DNA of 64,000 nt from a candidate division FCPU426 bacterium. Lineage in GTDB: Bacteria; Oederibacteriota; Muellerivitia; Muellerivitales; Muellerivitaceae. The translations under genes were made by a program, and so were the position numbers. The notes under the pieces are model-generated. The model was given only the letters and a program-made list of their open reading frames with translations, did no database searches and was not told the DNA's origin. The stretch lies in NCBI GenBank assembly GCA_963738405.1, contig CAVTWJ010000023.1:352001-416000 (forward strand), given 5' to 3'. Position 1 is the first letter of the stretch; each line of letters begins with the position of its first letter. This document shows positions 30,401 through 42,793 of the stretch, piece by piece.

Positions 30401-30622
30401 TTACTTGGCGACCGGAGTAGTGGCAGCAGCCGGAGCAGCAGCGGCAGGAGCAGCCATGGCCTTCTTGCCCTTTTTGTGCTTCTTCTTCATGGCCTTGGCA
30501 GGCATAGCAGCCGGAGCAGAAGCAACGGGAGTAGCGGAAGTGGTGGCGGCATCATCAGCCAACACAACGCCAGTGGCACCCATGAACAACACAGCCATCA
30601 AAACGGCAAATAAACGCTTCAT
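30401..30622 (-). CDS. Small secreted Ala/Lys-rich low-complexity protein (Asr-like composition)
   Basis: Signal peptide ending VLA, KKKHKKGKK patch, AGGAGG RBS, own terminator. Confidence 0.75.
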   Translation of the reverse strand: MKRLFAVLMAVLFMGATGVVLADDAATTSATPVASAPAAMPAKAMKKKHKKGKKAMAAPAAAAPAAATTPVAK

Positions 30623-30770
30623 TAAAACCCTCCTTGAATTAAACAGCGGATTCACCGCTGTTTTGCGACTCACCTCACGGCCTGCCAACCCATAGAATTG
30701 ACCGGCCGATTAAAGGCGGTATTTTAGGGGCGGAATTTCATTTGTTCAATGATTTTGGTGGTATTTAGGC

Positions 30771-31700
30771 CTATACGAGGGACTGCCAAGCCAGGCGCGC
30801 GGCACCCACAACCCCCATATTGTCGCCTAATTTAGCCATTCGAAACTTGAGGCCCTTTAAATGTGAGGCAAAACAGCGTGTTTTGAGCTCTTTCATCATG
30901 GGTTTGAGCAACAGATCGCCCGCTCCCGCCACCCCTCCGCTAAAAATGATCATGTTGGGATTGATCAAATGGATGGCTGTCGTCAGGCCTACCCCCAGCA
31001 TTTTTCCAGCGAAATCATAAACCTTACGTGTCTTGGCATCTCCCTTTTCGGCCATTTTTTGGAAGGTATAGGCCTCAAGGGGGGCTCCGGCTGGCCTATG
31101 AACTCCCATTTCTTTCGCCAACCTTACTATCCCAGTGGCGGAAACATATTGTTCCAGGATACCGCTGTTGCCATAGGGCGCTTTGGGGCCGTTGGGGTCC
31201 ACCACGATATGCCCGATATGGTTGCTGACGCCCCAGGCGCCCTCAAATATCTTGCCGTCCAAAATCAATCCGCCACCCACGCCCGTTCCCAGGGTCAGGC
31301 AGAGCACCACCCCTTCCCCCTTCCCAGCGCCGATCCAGGATTCACCCAAAGCGGCCAAATTGGCGTCATTTTCGAGAAACACTTTCTTCTTCAATTTCTG
31401 ATGGAGAAGTGCTGTCAAAGGCACATTTTTCCAGTTTAAATTGGGGGTATAGATAATGATGCCCCTCTTGGGATCCAGAGGCCCCGGGGAACCGATGCCC
31501 ACACCCATATGAGAGGACCAGGGCAACCTGCTGGAATGGCTTGCCGCACGCGCGCTTTGCGCGATGCGCTCGATGACCCCCAAAGGCCCTAGGGAAGACT
31601 GGGTGGGGCGCTTGTCCTTGCCCAAGACCTTACCCTTCGCGTCCACGACCGCTGAAACAATATTGGTACCGCCTAGATCAATGCCGATAACCGTCTTCAA
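30771..31700 (-). CDS. ROK family sugar kinase (glucokinase-like)
   Basis: GIDLGGT, GIGSPGP, ENDANLAALGE, TLGTGVGGG; lacks the usual CxCGxxGC. Confidence 0.88.
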   Translation of the reverse strand: MKTVIGIDLGGTNIVSAVVDAKGKVLGKDKRPTQSSLGPLGVIERIAQSARAASHSSRLPWSSHMGVGIGSPGPLDPKRGIIIYTPNLNWKNVPLTALLHQKLKKKVFLENDANLAALGESWIGAGKGEGVVLCLTLGTGVGGGLILDGKIFEGAWGVSNHIGHIVVDPNGPKAPYGNSGILEQYVSATGIVRLAKEMGVHRPAGAPLEAYTFQKMAEKGDAKTRKVYDFAGKMLGVGLTTAIHLINPNMIIFSGGVAGAGDLLLKPMMKELKTRCFASHLKGLKFRMAKLGDNMGVVGAARLAWQSLV

Positions 31701-31787
31701 GAAATAGCCTCCAAGAAAAATTAACCCGTCACTGCGGGGGGGTATTATCTAAAAAAAGGCAGGAAAGGGAAAAGAAATTTGATGCGA

Positions 31788-33428
31788 TTAAATATCCGAT
31801 AAACAACGGTAATCTAATGTGGGAAACAAGGGGTAAAGCCTTTCCATTTCAGCCAATTCCTTTGTTTTGAGCCTTCCTTTTTCAGCCTTTATTAAGATGG
31901 AGTGAAACCGTTCCAAGTGGGTTTGGACCCTTCCCTTCGCATATTCCCCATGGTGCCCGGTTTTCATCATAAAAGCCCAGTCGCTAGCTTGGGCCAACAA
32001 CAGTTCCCGGAGGGCCTGGTTGAAGGCCCGTCGCAGGGATCGGCCCGCCTGGGGATGGTCTTGGATGGACTGGGTCAACCGGTCGCAGGCCTTCACCAGC
32101 AGGGGATAAACCCAGTCGTTGGCGCTATTGAGCCAGAATTCCGAATAGCCCCCATAACCCCAGGAGGAAGGCCTGGGCTGGACCGTTTGGAGGGGATAGG
32201 GCTGGGACAGAATTTGGGAAGGGGTGGCGAAAGCCAGGGGCATTCCCTGAAGATGGGCTTCCTCGAAGAGGCAGGAAATAAAATCAGGCCCCTCGAACCA
32301 CCAATGGCCGAAAAGCTCCGCATCGTACATGCAGGCCATCACCGGCGGGCGTTTCATGTAACGCCCGATATCCATCGACTGCTGCATACGCTTGAAAAGA
32401 AAATCCCTCGCGTGGACGCGGGCCCTTTCCAGACCTTGGAGGGGGTCGTAAGGCTCCTTTTCCCCGCCTTCCCCAGTGACACGGTAATACTTGAGCCCGG
32501 TAAACCGGCGAAGGCCTTCGGGTTTCATCTGGGGGCTTAATTGATCCAGGGGCAGGTCGAACCCGATGTCCCGGTAAAAATCGCGGTAGAGGGGATCGCC
32601 CGGGTAGCCTTCCTTGGAGCTCCAAACCTCTTTCGAGCTCTCGGTGTCCCGGGCCAGCACCGCCACGCCCGAGGAGGTGACAACAGGGGCGAAACTGCCG
32701 TAGGCGGAAACCGGGGAGGATTGAACCAGGGCATGGGTATCGGTGAAAAAATATTTCACCCCGCAATCGGCCAGGATGCGTTCCAATCCAAGCTGGTACC
32801 CGCATTCGGGAAGCCAAAAGCCCCGGCTCTTTATCCCTAATCGCCTTTCATGCTCCTCCATGGCGGTTTGAACCTGAGCCCGAACCGCGGAAGGCCTGAC
32901 CCCCAGAAGGGGCAGATAGCCATGGGTCGCGGCGCAGGTGATGAGTTCCAGGTTTCCCTTTTGGGCCAAGGCTTTAAAACCCTTAGCGGCGTCCTTTTGA
33001 TATTTTTTTTCCCAACGGTCCAACCCTTCCCGAATCCGGGACCGGTACATTCTCGCCAGATTAAGAAAAGGGGGTTGGTTTTTGAGGCGGAGAATTTCCC
33101 GATCCGTCAGGGCTAATAGATCAAGGGCATATTTTTTGAATCTTTTTTGGAGGAGAGTATCTTCCCACATGGCCAGGAGGGTGGGGGAAAGGATGACCGC
33201 CATCCGGAAGGGAATTTTTCTTTCCGATAGGGATTCCAGTTTTCCCAAGAGCGGAAGGTAGGTTTCCAACATGGCTTCATACAGCCAAATTTCCTCCAGA
33301 AAGTTTTCGTGTTCGGGATGGCGGACATAGGGCAGGTGGGCGTGCAACACGAGGGAAATAAATCCCAGGGGCTTCTTGTCTTGTGTCTTTATGGAATGCG
33401 GGATTCGGGTGGGAGGCCCGGGAGGCAA
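31788..33428 (-). CDS. GH57 1,4-alpha-glucan branching enzyme (DUF1957 domain)
   Basis: LHAHLPYVRHP, ATHGYLPL, WLPECGY, YDAELFGHWWFEG, LLLAQASDW. Confidence 0.92.
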   Translation of the reverse strand: MPPGPPTRIPHSIKTQDKKPLGFISLVLHAHLPYVRHPEHENFLEEIWLYEAMLETYLPLLGKLESLSERKIPFRMAVILSPTLLAMWEDTLLQKRFKKYALDLLALTDREILRLKNQPPFLNLARMYRSRIREGLDRWEKKYQKDAAKGFKALAQKGNLELITCAATHGYLPLLGVRPSAVRAQVQTAMEEHERRLGIKSRGFWLPECGYQLGLERILADCGVKYFFTDTHALVQSSPVSAYGSFAPVVTSSGVAVLARDTESSKEVWSSKEGYPGDPLYRDFYRDIGFDLPLDQLSPQMKPEGLRRFTGLKYYRVTGEGGEKEPYDPLQGLERARVHARDFLFKRMQQSMDIGRYMKRPPVMACMYDAELFGHWWFEGPDFISCLFEEAHLQGMPLAFATPSQILSQPYPLQTVQPRPSSWGYGGYSEFWLNSANDWVYPLLVKACDRLTQSIQDHPQAGRSLRRAFNQALRELLLAQASDWAFMMKTGHHGEYAKGRVQTHLERFHSILIKAEKGRLKTKELAEMERLYPLFPTLDYRCLSDI

Positions 33429-33431
33429 AAA

Positions 33432-34193
33432 TTAAAACCGGGAGGCGGCGTGCCGGTCCTGGGGGCCGAGCCTCCGGCGGTGAAGGGCCCCTTGGCCCGC
33501 CAAGTCGGCGGAAAATAGTTTTTTTCCGGGTTCGAAGGATTGCTCGATAATTTCGTCGCTGAAATATTCCTTCATTTCTTCCGGCATCGACCAATCGGAC
33601 CCTTTGGATTCGGCACCCGCAAACGCCTGTTCCGGCTGGGGACCGGTATGGATCGTCTGGGTCCGGGCTAAAGCCACAAATTTACCAGAAACAGCCTTAT
33701 GGCCGATCTCGAGAATATAGCTTCCGCCCGGGGTCTCCAGGTTGACGTATCGGTTCATTTCCCCCCGGTTGACGACGATTTCTTCCACCAGTTCGGAAGT
33801 TCCGTCCCGCTTGGTTCTCAAAACGCGCAACACTAGGGAGCTTCCCTCGTATTCATCCATCAATTGTCGGCGCACTTCCTCCACCGTGTCGGGAGTGACT
33901 TCCCAATAAGTGAAGATGCAATTGGGATCACGCACAAAAGCCACCAGTTGGGTTTGACCCAAGCGGGGCAAACGGGCAGAACGGCCTATTTTTTTATTAG
34001 TCGGTGACGATTCTCCGACCAAGGATTTTTTAGAGCTACGGGGGGCTTTCGGGGCCGGGGCCTTTTCTTTTTTCACGGAGGCCTTGGACTTTTTCTCGGC
34101 CTTCGGTTTGGATTCGGTTTTCAATTTCACGCGCGGCTTGGAGACCTTGCGGATGAAGGTTTCAGATGTTGCTTCTTTCTTTTTTCGGGGCAT
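33432..34193 (-). CDS. DUF4912 domain protein
   Basis: LVAFVRDP...YWE, Y.LEIG motifs; typical neighbour of GH57 branching enzyme; GGGAGG RBS. Confidence 0.8.
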   Translation of the reverse strand: MPRKKKEATSETFIRKVSKPRVKLKTESKPKAEKKSKASVKKEKAPAPKAPRSSKKSLVGESSPTNKKIGRSARLPRLGQTQLVAFVRDPNCIFTYWEVTPDTVEEVRRQLMDEYEGSSLVLRVLRTKRDGTSELVEEIVVNRGEMNRYVNLETPGGSYILEIGHKAVSGKFVALARTQTIHTGPQPEQAFAGAESKGSDWSMPEEMKEYFSDEIIEQSFEPGKKLFSADLAGQGALHRRRLGPQDRHAASRF

Positions 34194-34358
34194 AACAACC
34201 TCCCAGGCGATTAGGTTCAAAACCGTTTTAACTTTTATCGCACCAATTGGCAAGAAGGGATTTGGAAGCGGTCACAGGCAGGTAAATTCAAAGGAAATCG
34301 GTTTCAGAACCTGTCGATAGGCCCTGGAAATCAGCAAAATCAGTCAAAAGAAAAGGCT

Positions 34359-37300
34359 TCACTGAAAGACGACCACTTTGAGTGTCGTCTTGGAAACGAG
34401 TCCGCCCTGGGCGTTCAAGGATTCCACGACCGCCAGGTAAAGCCCGCTCGCAACGCCTGAGGCGTCCCATTGAACGGAATTTTGTCCATCCCCACCCAGT
34501 TTGGATTTTTGGACCAGTTCACCGGCGGTGTCATAAACCTTCAACCGCAGGGTCAGGTTCATGGAAGAGTTGCTAACGAAGGTGGTCGTATAGTTGGGCG
34601 AGGCCCGATTGAGGATATTGGGCCGGGCGTCGACGATACCCACCCCGTTTTGTGCGTTGGTATCGACCACCATGACCTTCAAAGTCACGTTTGTTTCCCC
34701 GCCCTGGCCGCCGATAGTATGAACGTCGATGAAATATTGTCCGCTGGATACATAGGCCCCGTTGTCGGCCGTCCCATCCCAAGCCACCGAGGCTCCCCCG
34801 CCCAGGCTGATGGTGACCTTTGAGTTGTTTCCCGTGGACCCATTGGCGCTGGCGGAAAGGACCGAAGATGATATTTGTACACTGCTCAATCCCGCCGGCC
34901 CCTTGTCGTCCATATAAGTCAGAAGATGACGCACCGCTTCTCCCGCCTCGTTGTAGATGACCAGGGAAACCTGGTAAATGGACCGGTTGACCGTTACCTG
35001 CTGAGTCGTACTTTGATCGACCCCCAGGGGATTGATGTTGTCCACCTTAACGTAATAGTTACCGTTGTCGACCGGGGCACCCGACTGGTTTTGTCCGTTC
35101 CAGACCCCAATGATCACACCGTCGTAAACAATGGAAACCGCGTTGTTGGCGCCGTTGAGGCTGTTGATGACATTGCCAGGATTCAAGGTGTAGTTGTCTA
35201 CAGACTGGGAGAAGTGTTCAACGGGAAGCGCATAGATCAATTCTCCGGCCTCGTTGTAAACGCCGATCTTCACCGTGTAGTTCCCCGTGACCACCACGAC
35301 CGCGCTGGCGGTGAGCGGTACGGCCTGTCCGGTATAAACCGCCTGGGCGTTATTCACCAGGCTGACGCCACTGGCGGTGAAATTATTCACCCCGGCAGTA
35401 TAGGTGAGCTGGTAATTCCCAACCGGAAGGGGCGAAGGCAGGTTCCAGGTCAGCTGGGAAACCGAGGCGTTATAGGAAGTAGATGAACCCGAAGGAAACG
35501 AGGTAACGGTATTGAAGGTTTCCTGGGGCGGCATCAGGTCGGTCACCACCAGGTTCTGCATACTGTCGCCGGTGACAGCCAGATTGAGGGTGTAGGTGAT
35601 GGATGATCCAGATGGAGCGGAAGAACTTGAGGCCTGTTTGGATAAGGTCACGTTAGAAGGCGGAGTGGGTGTCGGGGTCGAGGTGGGAGTTGAGGTGGGG
35701 GTAGGCGTGAAAGTCGAGGTCCAGGTGGGGGTGGAAGTCGGGGTGTTGCTGGGGGTGTAGGAGTGCGTAGGTGTGAAGGTGGGACTGGGGGTAAAAGTAT
35801 TGGAGGGGGTCCAGGTCGGGGTCGGCGTGAAAGAGGGAGTGGGTGAATAGGTGGCCGTCGGGGTATTGCTGGCGGTAGGTGTGGGGCTGGGCGTGAAACT
35901 ATTCGTCGGAGTGGAGGTCCAAGTCGAGGTAAAGCTTTGGGTCGGAGTCATGGTTTGCGTGAAAGTAAACTGCGGAGTAAAGGTGGAAGTGGGGGTGTTG
36001 GAAGGTGTGTAGGTATTGGAGGTGGTCGGGGTATTGCTGGGCGTAAAGGTCATCGTCGGGGTATCAAGGGTCGTGATCGTATGGGTCGGAGTCTGCGTCA
36101 GGGTTGTCGTGGCGGTGGGGGTGAAAGTGTTCGTCGAGGTAAAGGTCGCAGTGAAGGTTCCGGTTACGGTGGCCGTTACAGAGGGGGTGAATGTCATGGT
36201 GGGAGTATTGAGGGTTGTAACGGTATTCGTCGGCGTCTGGGTGGGGCTAAAGGTCGCTGTAAAGGTATAGGTCAGGGTGGGGGTCGAGGTGGGGGTAAAG
36301 GTACGTGTCACCGTAGGGGTGACGGTGGGTGTGAAGGTCATGGTGGGGGTATTGAGGGTTGTGATGGTATTGGTCGCCGTCTGGGTGGGGCTAAAGGTGG
36401 GTGTGCGGGTGTTCGTAACCGTAAAGGTAAAGGTCGGCGTAACCGTCTGGGTATAGGTGGATGTCACGGTCGGAGTGTTCGTGCGGGTAACCGTTGGAGT
36501 GACCGTCGGGGTAAAGGTCATCGTGGGCGTGTTAATGGTGGTGATGGTAAAGGTAGGCGTCAGGGTGGGTGTGTGGGTACGGGTGACCGTCGGAGTCACG
36601 GTAGAGGTAAAGGTCATGGTGGGAGTGTTAAGGGTCGTTATGGTAAAGGTGGGTGTATTGGTTCGAGTGAGAGTCGGCGTGGCCGTATTGGTCACCGTGG
36701 GGGTTATCGTGGGCGTATTGGTGCGGGTAATAGTAAAAGTTGGAGTTGGAGTAAAAGTGAAGGTGGGTGAAATGGTGTAGGTGTTAGTGGGGGTGACAGT
36801 CTTAGTGGGGGTAGGTGTTGGGGTAAAGGTGTAGGTAGGAGTAACCGTAAAGGTAAAGGTGGGGGTTATGGTATTGGTTGGGGTTGGGGTGTTTGTCTTG
36901 GTAGGTGTTGGCGAAGGAGTATAGGTGTTGGTGGGGGTAGGCGTCCGGGTCGGGGTGTTGCTGGGAGTCCAGGTGGGAGTATTGGTGGGCGTGTTGGTTT
37001 TCGTCCAAGTGGGAGTAAAGGTGGGGGTGGAGTTGGGGGTGGGGGATCGGGTCGGTGTCCACGTAGGGGTGAGCGTAAAAGTGAAGGTAGGGGTCCAAGT
37101 GGGCGTAAGACATTTCATGTTCCAGGTAATAGCGTTCGACGGCCCGTAAGCGGGACTGATCATGGTGAACTGGTTGGTTCGCGTCACGCAGTCATAGGGG
37201 GCGTTGGTAGTGTTATCCGTTCCCGTAAGGGTCACGGACCAGCAGGCCTGTACCCAACTGGTACCGTTCCAGGAGGCTCCCGGAAAACCGGTTTTATTCA

Positions 37301-38339
37301 CGAAGGTCAAGGGCTCACTGTCTCCCGACCAATCGTAATACCAACCATTGGCATCGGGGGATCCGAACCCTTTGTTGACCCCTGATGGCCGGAATTCCTC
37401 GCTTCCCCAGAATGGGGTTCCGGTCGTGGAGCCGGTATCCAAAATCGTCACCGGTCCTTGATATCCGCCCCCGGTATTACAAACCTCGTAAACCACCGTG
37501 ACTATTTGGTTCCCGATAGGATAGGGATTCGCGGTGACACTGACGGCATCCTGTAGGGTGCCGCCCACCAAAAAATGTTTTTGAAGAGTGATGTTGGTCG
37601 GAGGAGGCGGGGGGATGGGTTGCAACTTGACCGTTTGGCGGAAATAGAGGTCATCACAAATCGCTCCCGAGGCGGCAGTGGATGTGTAAGACAAGACGGG
37701 AATAAACTTGCCCGTTTGGGGGTCAAGAACCTGCTTACTGTAAAGGGTAAATCCGGTTGCCTGCACGGGGGTGGTCCATCCGGTGGTGGTCGCGGCAGGA
37801 TCATACCAAGTCGTGCCGCCGGAATAAGGTGGGGATCCCGCACAATTGGGTGCCGTGCCCGTATCCGTTTCGCGATACATTTGGGTGTTGGTGCCGTCGC
37901 TTTGGATATAGGCGTGACTGACCCCGCCGGAACAGCTGATATCCACATACCAGCTTCCCCAAACTTCGTTTGCCGCGGCGTTTTGAACCTTGGCCGCGAT
38001 GACCACATTATTGGGGTTGCTCGTGATGAGAGCGAGGGCCGCAGCGGGCACTGGTACACAGATGGGACTACAAACGCCCCAACTCTGTCCGTTATTGCAG
38101 GATGAAACAACGCATCCGGAATTGGCGCAATTGACATGGGCGAACTGGAAGTCGTTCCCCACCCCAACTTGAATTCCATCGATCCAAACAGTCATGTAAT
38201 CGTCGGCCACACCGCAAACCTGCGCTGAAGTGGCATTGCATTGGGCTAAAAGGAATTGGGGCAGAAACATAAAAACGGAAATAATAAAAATCGTTTTTAT
38301 TCGAAATGGCTTTGTTTTGATTATTAATTTAGCTTCCAT
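34359..38339 (-). CDS. Giant secreted protein: Cys-rich N-terminal domain, ~480-aa Thr/Pro stalk, DUF11-like domain, FlgD-Ig repeats and T9SS-like CTD
   Basis: Signal peptide (LLA-Q), Cys-rich head, TxT tract, WNG..GNYY / WDG..GQY / WD..VASGLY..KVVVFQ. Confidence 0.78.
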   Translation of the reverse strand: MEAKLIIKTKPFRIKTIFIISVFMFLPQFLLAQCNATSAQVCGVADDYMTVWIDGIQVGVGNDFQFAHVNCANSGCVVSSCNNGQSWGVCSPICVPVPAAALALITSNPNNVVIAAKVQNAAANEVWGSWYVDISCSGGVSHAYIQSDGTNTQMYRETDTGTAPNCAGSPPYSGGTTWYDPAATTTGWTTPVQATGFTLYSKQVLDPQTGKFIPVLSYTSTAASGAICDDLYFRQTVKLQPIPPPPPTNITLQKHFLVGGTLQDAVSVTANPYPIGNQIVTVVYEVCNTGGGYQGPVTILDTGSTTGTPFWGSEEFRPSGVNKGFGSPDANGWYYDWSGDSEPLTFVNKTGFPGASWNGTSWVQACWSVTLTGTDNTTNAPYDCVTRTNQFTMISPAYGPSNAITWNMKCLTPTWTPTFTFTLTPTWTPTRSPTPNSTPTFTPTWTKTNTPTNTPTWTPSNTPTRTPTPTNTYTPSPTPTKTNTPTPTNTITPTFTFTVTPTYTFTPTPTPTKTVTPTNTYTISPTFTFTPTPTFTITRTNTPTITPTVTNTATPTLTRTNTPTFTITTLNTPTMTFTSTVTPTVTRTHTPTLTPTFTITTINTPTMTFTPTVTPTVTRTNTPTVTSTYTQTVTPTFTFTVTNTRTPTFSPTQTATNTITTLNTPTMTFTPTVTPTVTRTFTPTSTPTLTYTFTATFSPTQTPTNTVTTLNTPTMTFTPSVTATVTGTFTATFTSTNTFTPTATTTLTQTPTHTITTLDTPTMTFTPSNTPTTSNTYTPSNTPTSTFTPQFTFTQTMTPTQSFTSTWTSTPTNSFTPSPTPTASNTPTATYSPTPSFTPTPTWTPSNTFTPSPTFTPTHSYTPSNTPTSTPTWTSTFTPTPTSTPTSTPTPTPPSNVTLSKQASSSSAPSGSSITYTLNLAVTGDSMQNLVVTDLMPPQETFNTVTSFPSGSSTSYNASVSQLTWNLPSPLPVGNYQLTYTAGVNNFTASGVSLVNNAQAVYTGQAVPLTASAVVVVTGNYTVKIGVYNEAGELIYALPVEHFSQSVDNYTLNPGNVINSLNGANNAVSIVYDGVIIGVWNGQNQSGAPVDNGNYYVKVDNINPLGVDQSTTQQVTVNRSIYQVSLVIYNEAGEAVRHLLTYMDDKGPAGLSSVQISSSVLSASANGSTGNNSKVTISLGGGASVAWDGTADNGAYVSSGQYFIDVHTIGGQGGETNVTLKVMVVDTNAQNGVGIVDARPNILNRASPNYTTTFVSNSSMNLTLRLKVYDTAGELVQKSKLGGDGQNSVQWDASGVASGLYLAVVESLNAQGGLVSKTTLKVVVFQ

Positions 38340-38629
38340 AGCAAACGCCTAATCAATCCATCGGTTCATAGATACTTTAAAAACATATAACCGATACCTG
38401 GTTTTACCTAAATTATCCCTCTTGTCTTCGTTTAAAAATACTTTGACAACAACACATTTTGTTTAGGGTTGGGCATTCTTGGGACACGTGAAAACAATCT
38501 GATTTGTTAGTTCAATCCAATTTTAATCAGGTGGGAAACAAAGGATGAGCATTAAAAATCAAAAGAGCGGTTGAAAGGTCCCTTTATTGAGAATTTAAAG
38601 AGAAAGGAAGAGTAGCAGAAGGTGAACCT

Positions 38630-41600
38630 TTAATGGATGACGACCACCTTGAGGGTAGTCTTGGAAACGAGCCCGCCCTGGGCGTTCAAAGATTCCACGA
38701 CGGCCAGGTAAAGCCCGCTCGCAACGCCTGAGGCGTCCCATTGGACGGAATTTTGTCCATCTAATCCCAATTTGGATTTCTGGACCAGTTCACCGGCGGT
38801 GTCATAAACCGTCAAGCGCAGGGTTAGGCTCATGGAGGAGTTGCTGACAAAGGTGGTCGTATAGCTGGGCGAGGCACGGTTAAGGATATTAGGCCGGGCG
38901 TCGACGATACCCACCCCGTTCTGGGCGTTGGTATCGATGACCATGACCTTCAGGCTCACGTTGGTTTCCCCGCCCTGGCCGCCGATGGTATGGACATCGA
39001 TGAAATATTGGCCACTGGAAACATAAGAACCGTTGTCGCCGGTGCCATCCCAAGATATCGAAGCTCCCCCGCCCAAACTGATCGTGACCTTAGAATTGTT
39101 TCCGGTAGAACCATTGGCGCTAGTGGAAAGAACCGAAGAGGATATTTGAACCGTACTCAATCCTGCGGGCCCCTTGTCGTCCATGTAGGCCAGCAGGTGG
39201 CGCACCGCCTCGCCCGCCTCGTTGTAGATGACCAGGGAAACCTGGTAGATGGAACGGTTGACCGTTACCTGCTGAGTCGTGCTTTGATCGACTCCCAGGG
39301 GATTGATGTTGTCCACCTTGACGTAATAGTTGCCGTTGTCGACCGGGGCTCCTCCCTGGTTTTGTCCGTTCCAAACCCCAATCACGACCCCGTCATAAAC
39401 GATGGAAACCGCGTTGTTGGCGCCGTTGAGGCTGGTGATGGTATTCCCCGGGTTCAAGCTGTAGTTGTCCACCGACTGGGAGAACTGTTCAACGGGAAGC
39501 GCATAGATCAATTCTCCGGCTTCGTTGTAAACGCCTATCTTCACCGTGTAGTTCCCGGTAACAACCACCACCGCGCTGGCGTTGAGGGGTACGGCTTGCC
39601 CCGTGTAGACCGCCTGGGCGTTATTCACCAGGCTGACGCCGCTGGCGGTGAAGTTATTGACCCCCGCCGTGTAAGTAAGCTGGTAATTACCAATCGCCAG
39701 GGGCGAAGGCAGGGTCCAGGTCAGCTGGGAAACGGCGGCATTATAAGAAGTAGATGAACCCGAAGGAAACGAGGTAACGGTATTGAAGGTTTCCTGGGGC
39801 GGAAGCAGATCGGTCACCACCAAGTTCAGGACGCTGTCGCCCGTGACGGCCAGATTGAGGGTGTAGGTTATCGAAGAGCCCGAGGGAGCGGAAGAACTGG
39901 AGGCCTGTTTGGAAAGGGTCACGTTGGAGGGCGGGGTTGGAGTCGGGGTTGAGGTCGGGGTCGAGGTGTTGGTGGGGGTGAATGTCGGGGTCCAGGTGGG
40001 GGTGGAAGTGGGTGTGTAGCTGGGGGTGTAGGAATGTGTGGGTGTGAAAGTTGCGCTGGGCGTAAAGGTGTTCGATGGCGTCCAGGTCGGGGTCGGCGTG
40101 AAAGACGCGGTCGGTGAATAGGTTGCCGTCGGGGTGTTGCTGGCGGTGGGTGTAGGGCTGGATGTATAGGTGTTCGTCCTAGTGTAGGTCGCAGTGGAAG
40201 TGAAGCTTTGGGTTGGGGTCATGGTTTGGGTAAAGGTGAACTGCGGGGTAAAGGTGGATGTGGGGGTCGAGGTCGAGGTCGGCGTGTTGCTCGGAGTGAG
40301 GGTCAGGGTCTGAGTATAGGTGTTACTGGGGGTCTGAGTCGGGGTGGAGGTGTTGGTGTTCGTGGGCGTGTTGGAGGGCGTAAAGGTATTGGACGCAGTC
40401 GAGGTATTACTGGGGGTAAAGGTGGAGGTTGGAGTATTGAGGGTCGTGATGGTGTAAGTCGGGGTTTGGGTCATGGTGGCTGTGGTAGTGGGGGTAAATT
40501 GAGGCGTGAAGGTTGAGGTCGGTGTCACAGATGGGGTCAATGTATTGGTGACGGTAAGGGTGAGAGTCGGTGTGCTGCTGGGCGTATTGGTACGTGTAGC
40601 CGTAAATGTTTGGGTTGGAGTGACAGTGGAAGTGACTGTGGGGGTATTGGTGACTGTGGGCGTGAATTGGAAGGTGTGGGTAAAGGTGGCGGAAACCGTG
40701 GGGGTCTGGGTGACGGTGACGGTAGGAGTCGCCGAGGGGGTATTGGTGGAAGTGGGGGTGTAAGTGTTGGTCGAGGTATTCGTGGGGGTGTAGGTTCGGG
40801 TCACGGTCGGGGTGACGGTAAGGGTGAATGTCATGGTGGGAGTATTGAGGGTCGTGATGGTATTGGTCGCCGTCTGGGTGGGGCTAAAGGTTGGCGTGCG
40901 GGTACTCGTAACCGTAAAGGTAAAGGTCGGCGTCACGGTCTGGGTATAGGTGGATGTCACAGTTGGGGTGTTCGTGCGGGTAACCGTTGGGGTGACCGTC
41001 GGGGTAAAGGTCATCGTGGGCGTGTTAATGGTGGTAATGGTAAAGGTGGGCGTCAGGGTGGGTGTGTTGGTACGGGTGACCGTCGGGGTCACCGTGGGGG
41101 TAAAGGTCATCGTCGGAGTGTTGACGGTCGTGATGGTATTGGTAGGCGTTTGGGTTCGGGTGACGGTCGGCGTCGCCGTATTGGTAACCGTGGGGGTCAC
41201 CGTGGGAGTGTTCGTTCGGGTAATGGTAAAGGTTGGAGTCGGAGTAAAAGTGAAGGTGGGTGAAATGGTATAGGTATTGGTGGAGGTGACGGTTTTTGTG
41301 GAGGTTGGGGTTGGGGTATAGGTGTGGGTAGGGGTAACCGTAAAGGTAAAAGTGGGTGTAATGGTGTAGGTGTTGGTGGAGGTGTTTGTCTTGGTGGGAG
41401 TCGGGGAAGGCGTATAGGTATTGGTGGGGGTAGGCGTCCGAGTCGGGGTGTTGCTGGGAGTCCAGGTGGGGGTGTTGGTAGGGGTGTTCGTTTTCGTCCA
41501 AGTGGGAGTAAAGGTGGGGGTGGAGTTGGGAGTGGGCGTTCGGGTCCAGGTGGGGGTCCAGGTGGGCGTATAGGTCCAAGTCGGCGTGGGGGTGGGCGTT

Positions 41601-42793
41601 TTGGTGTAGGTCCAGGTAAAGGTCGCTGTGGGCATCAACTGGATATAGGTCAATATTCCCGAGGTCTTGTTTCCGGTGGGGAAATTGACAGAAGCCTGGT
41701 CCGTTAGAGTCAGGCCGCAAGCCGAGACGGGATCGTAATAATCGATCAATTGCGCCGTCGCCGTGATACATCCGGTTCCAAAGCTGGGGAATACCAATGA
41801 GGTTCCATTGACTGTGGGTTCGTTCGCATCTCCCAAGGAATCGTTGTAACACAACTGGTAGGGTTGGATGGAATCCCCATAACCCCAGCACGCGAATTGA
41901 AATTGATTACATGAAGAAACATTTTGCGGTTGGTTATCGGTCACCGTTGTTCCCCCATTGGTCACTGGACCGCCGGTATTGCAAACCGTGATGGTGTAAT
42001 TAAGGGTAACGGTATTGTTGCTGACATTGGTAACTGCGCTGGCAAAAGCTTTGGTGATATTGAAAGCGGGCGGGCCGATGGTGGGCGCGGGAGTTGGGAT
42101 GGTGACGCATTGCCTAAAAAAAAGCGCGCCCGCCGAATTGCCCGTTGAGTAATCGCCCGAGCAATTGTTGGCGATGAAGGGAAGCTTGGCCCCTGACACC
42201 GGGTTGTAAATAGCCGTGGCCCAAGTGGCCGCCGTCACACCGCCATTGCAATAGGAAGTGCTGAAAGCTCCGGTACTGTTATTGAAGCCGGTGCTGTACC
42301 AGGGGTTGCTACCCGAGTCGGGGCTAGGAGTCGCGGCCGGATTTCCCGTAGCAACGTAATTCACCGAAATTCCGGTTCCTGAACTGGTGATTTCAGAGTG
42401 GCCGCCGCCCGAGCAGGTGATGTCCAAATCCCAAGAACTGAAGTTATCCTCGGGGTTGGTGTTTTGGGTCTCTACCGCCAAGCAAACCGTTCCGCCGGTC
42501 AGGAGGGTGGGGGATACGCTCATGCAAGGCGCAGGGCCCGCTCCGTTCGTTCCCGGAGCTCCAGCATAGTTAAAGGTGCCGATGAGGGACCCGGCGACAT
42601 AAATAGTGGTCACGTCGTCGCCTGAAGCGCAAAGGTTGGCGGCGGTGGGGACGCATTGAGCGAAAAGGTTTGTGACAGATGGAAATAAAAGAAACAAGAA
42701 AACCCAAAAACAAGTTTGGGTCCTTTTCATTTCATGAAATCGGTTGAATGAATTTTTAAAAAAAGTACTTTTCATGATCTCCGGCAATCTCAT
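38630..42793 (-). CDS. Giant secreted Thr/Pro-stalk protein, tandem paralog of 34359-38339 with a different head
   Basis: Nearly identical C-terminal ~430 aa and long shared stalk segments; divergent Cys-rich N-terminus. Confidence 0.78.
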   Translation of the reverse strand: MRLPEIMKSTFFKNSFNRFHEMKRTQTCFWVFLFLLFPSVTNLFAQCVPTAANLCASGDDVTTIYVAGSLIGTFNYAGAPGTNGAGPAPCMSVSPTLLTGGTVCLAVETQNTNPEDNFSSWDLDITCSGGGHSEITSSGTGISVNYVATGNPAATPSPDSGSNPWYSTGFNNSTGAFSTSYCNGGVTAATWATAIYNPVSGAKLPFIANNCSGDYSTGNSAGALFFRQCVTIPTPAPTIGPPAFNITKAFASAVTNVSNNTVTLNYTITVCNTGGPVTNGGTTVTDNQPQNVSSCNQFQFACWGYGDSIQPYQLCYNDSLGDANEPTVNGTSLVFPSFGTGCITATAQLIDYYDPVSACGLTLTDQASVNFPTGNKTSGILTYIQLMPTATFTWTYTKTPTPTPTWTYTPTWTPTWTRTPTPNSTPTFTPTWTKTNTPTNTPTWTPSNTPTRTPTPTNTYTPSPTPTKTNTSTNTYTITPTFTFTVTPTHTYTPTPTSTKTVTSTNTYTISPTFTFTPTPTFTITRTNTPTVTPTVTNTATPTVTRTQTPTNTITTVNTPTMTFTPTVTPTVTRTNTPTLTPTFTITTINTPTMTFTPTVTPTVTRTNTPTVTSTYTQTVTPTFTFTVTSTRTPTFSPTQTATNTITTLNTPTMTFTLTVTPTVTRTYTPTNTSTNTYTPTSTNTPSATPTVTVTQTPTVSATFTHTFQFTPTVTNTPTVTSTVTPTQTFTATRTNTPSSTPTLTLTVTNTLTPSVTPTSTFTPQFTPTTTATMTQTPTYTITTLNTPTSTFTPSNTSTASNTFTPSNTPTNTNTSTPTQTPSNTYTQTLTLTPSNTPTSTSTPTSTFTPQFTFTQTMTPTQSFTSTATYTRTNTYTSSPTPTASNTPTATYSPTASFTPTPTWTPSNTFTPSATFTPTHSYTPSYTPTSTPTWTPTFTPTNTSTPTSTPTPTPPSNVTLSKQASSSSAPSGSSITYTLNLAVTGDSVLNLVVTDLLPPQETFNTVTSFPSGSSTSYNAAVSQLTWTLPSPLAIGNYQLTYTAGVNNFTASGVSLVNNAQAVYTGQAVPLNASAVVVVTGNYTVKIGVYNEAGELIYALPVEQFSQSVDNYSLNPGNTITSLNGANNAVSIVYDGVVIGVWNGQNQGGAPVDNGNYYVKVDNINPLGVDQSTTQQVTVNRSIYQVSLVIYNEAGEAVRHLLAYMDDKGPAGLSTVQISSSVLSTSANGSTGNNSKVTISLGGGASISWDGTGDNGSYVSSGQYFIDVHTIGGQGGETNVSLKVMVIDTNAQNGVGIVDARPNILNRASPSYTTTFVSNSSMSLTLRLTVYDTAGELVQKSKLGLDGQNSVQWDASGVASGLYLAVVESLNAQGGLVSKTTLKVVVIH

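Noticed and set aside
34359..42793. Diversity-generating retroelement (TR/VR pair)
   Set aside because: Differences between copies are mostly synonymous and not adenine-specific; no reverse transcriptase in the window.
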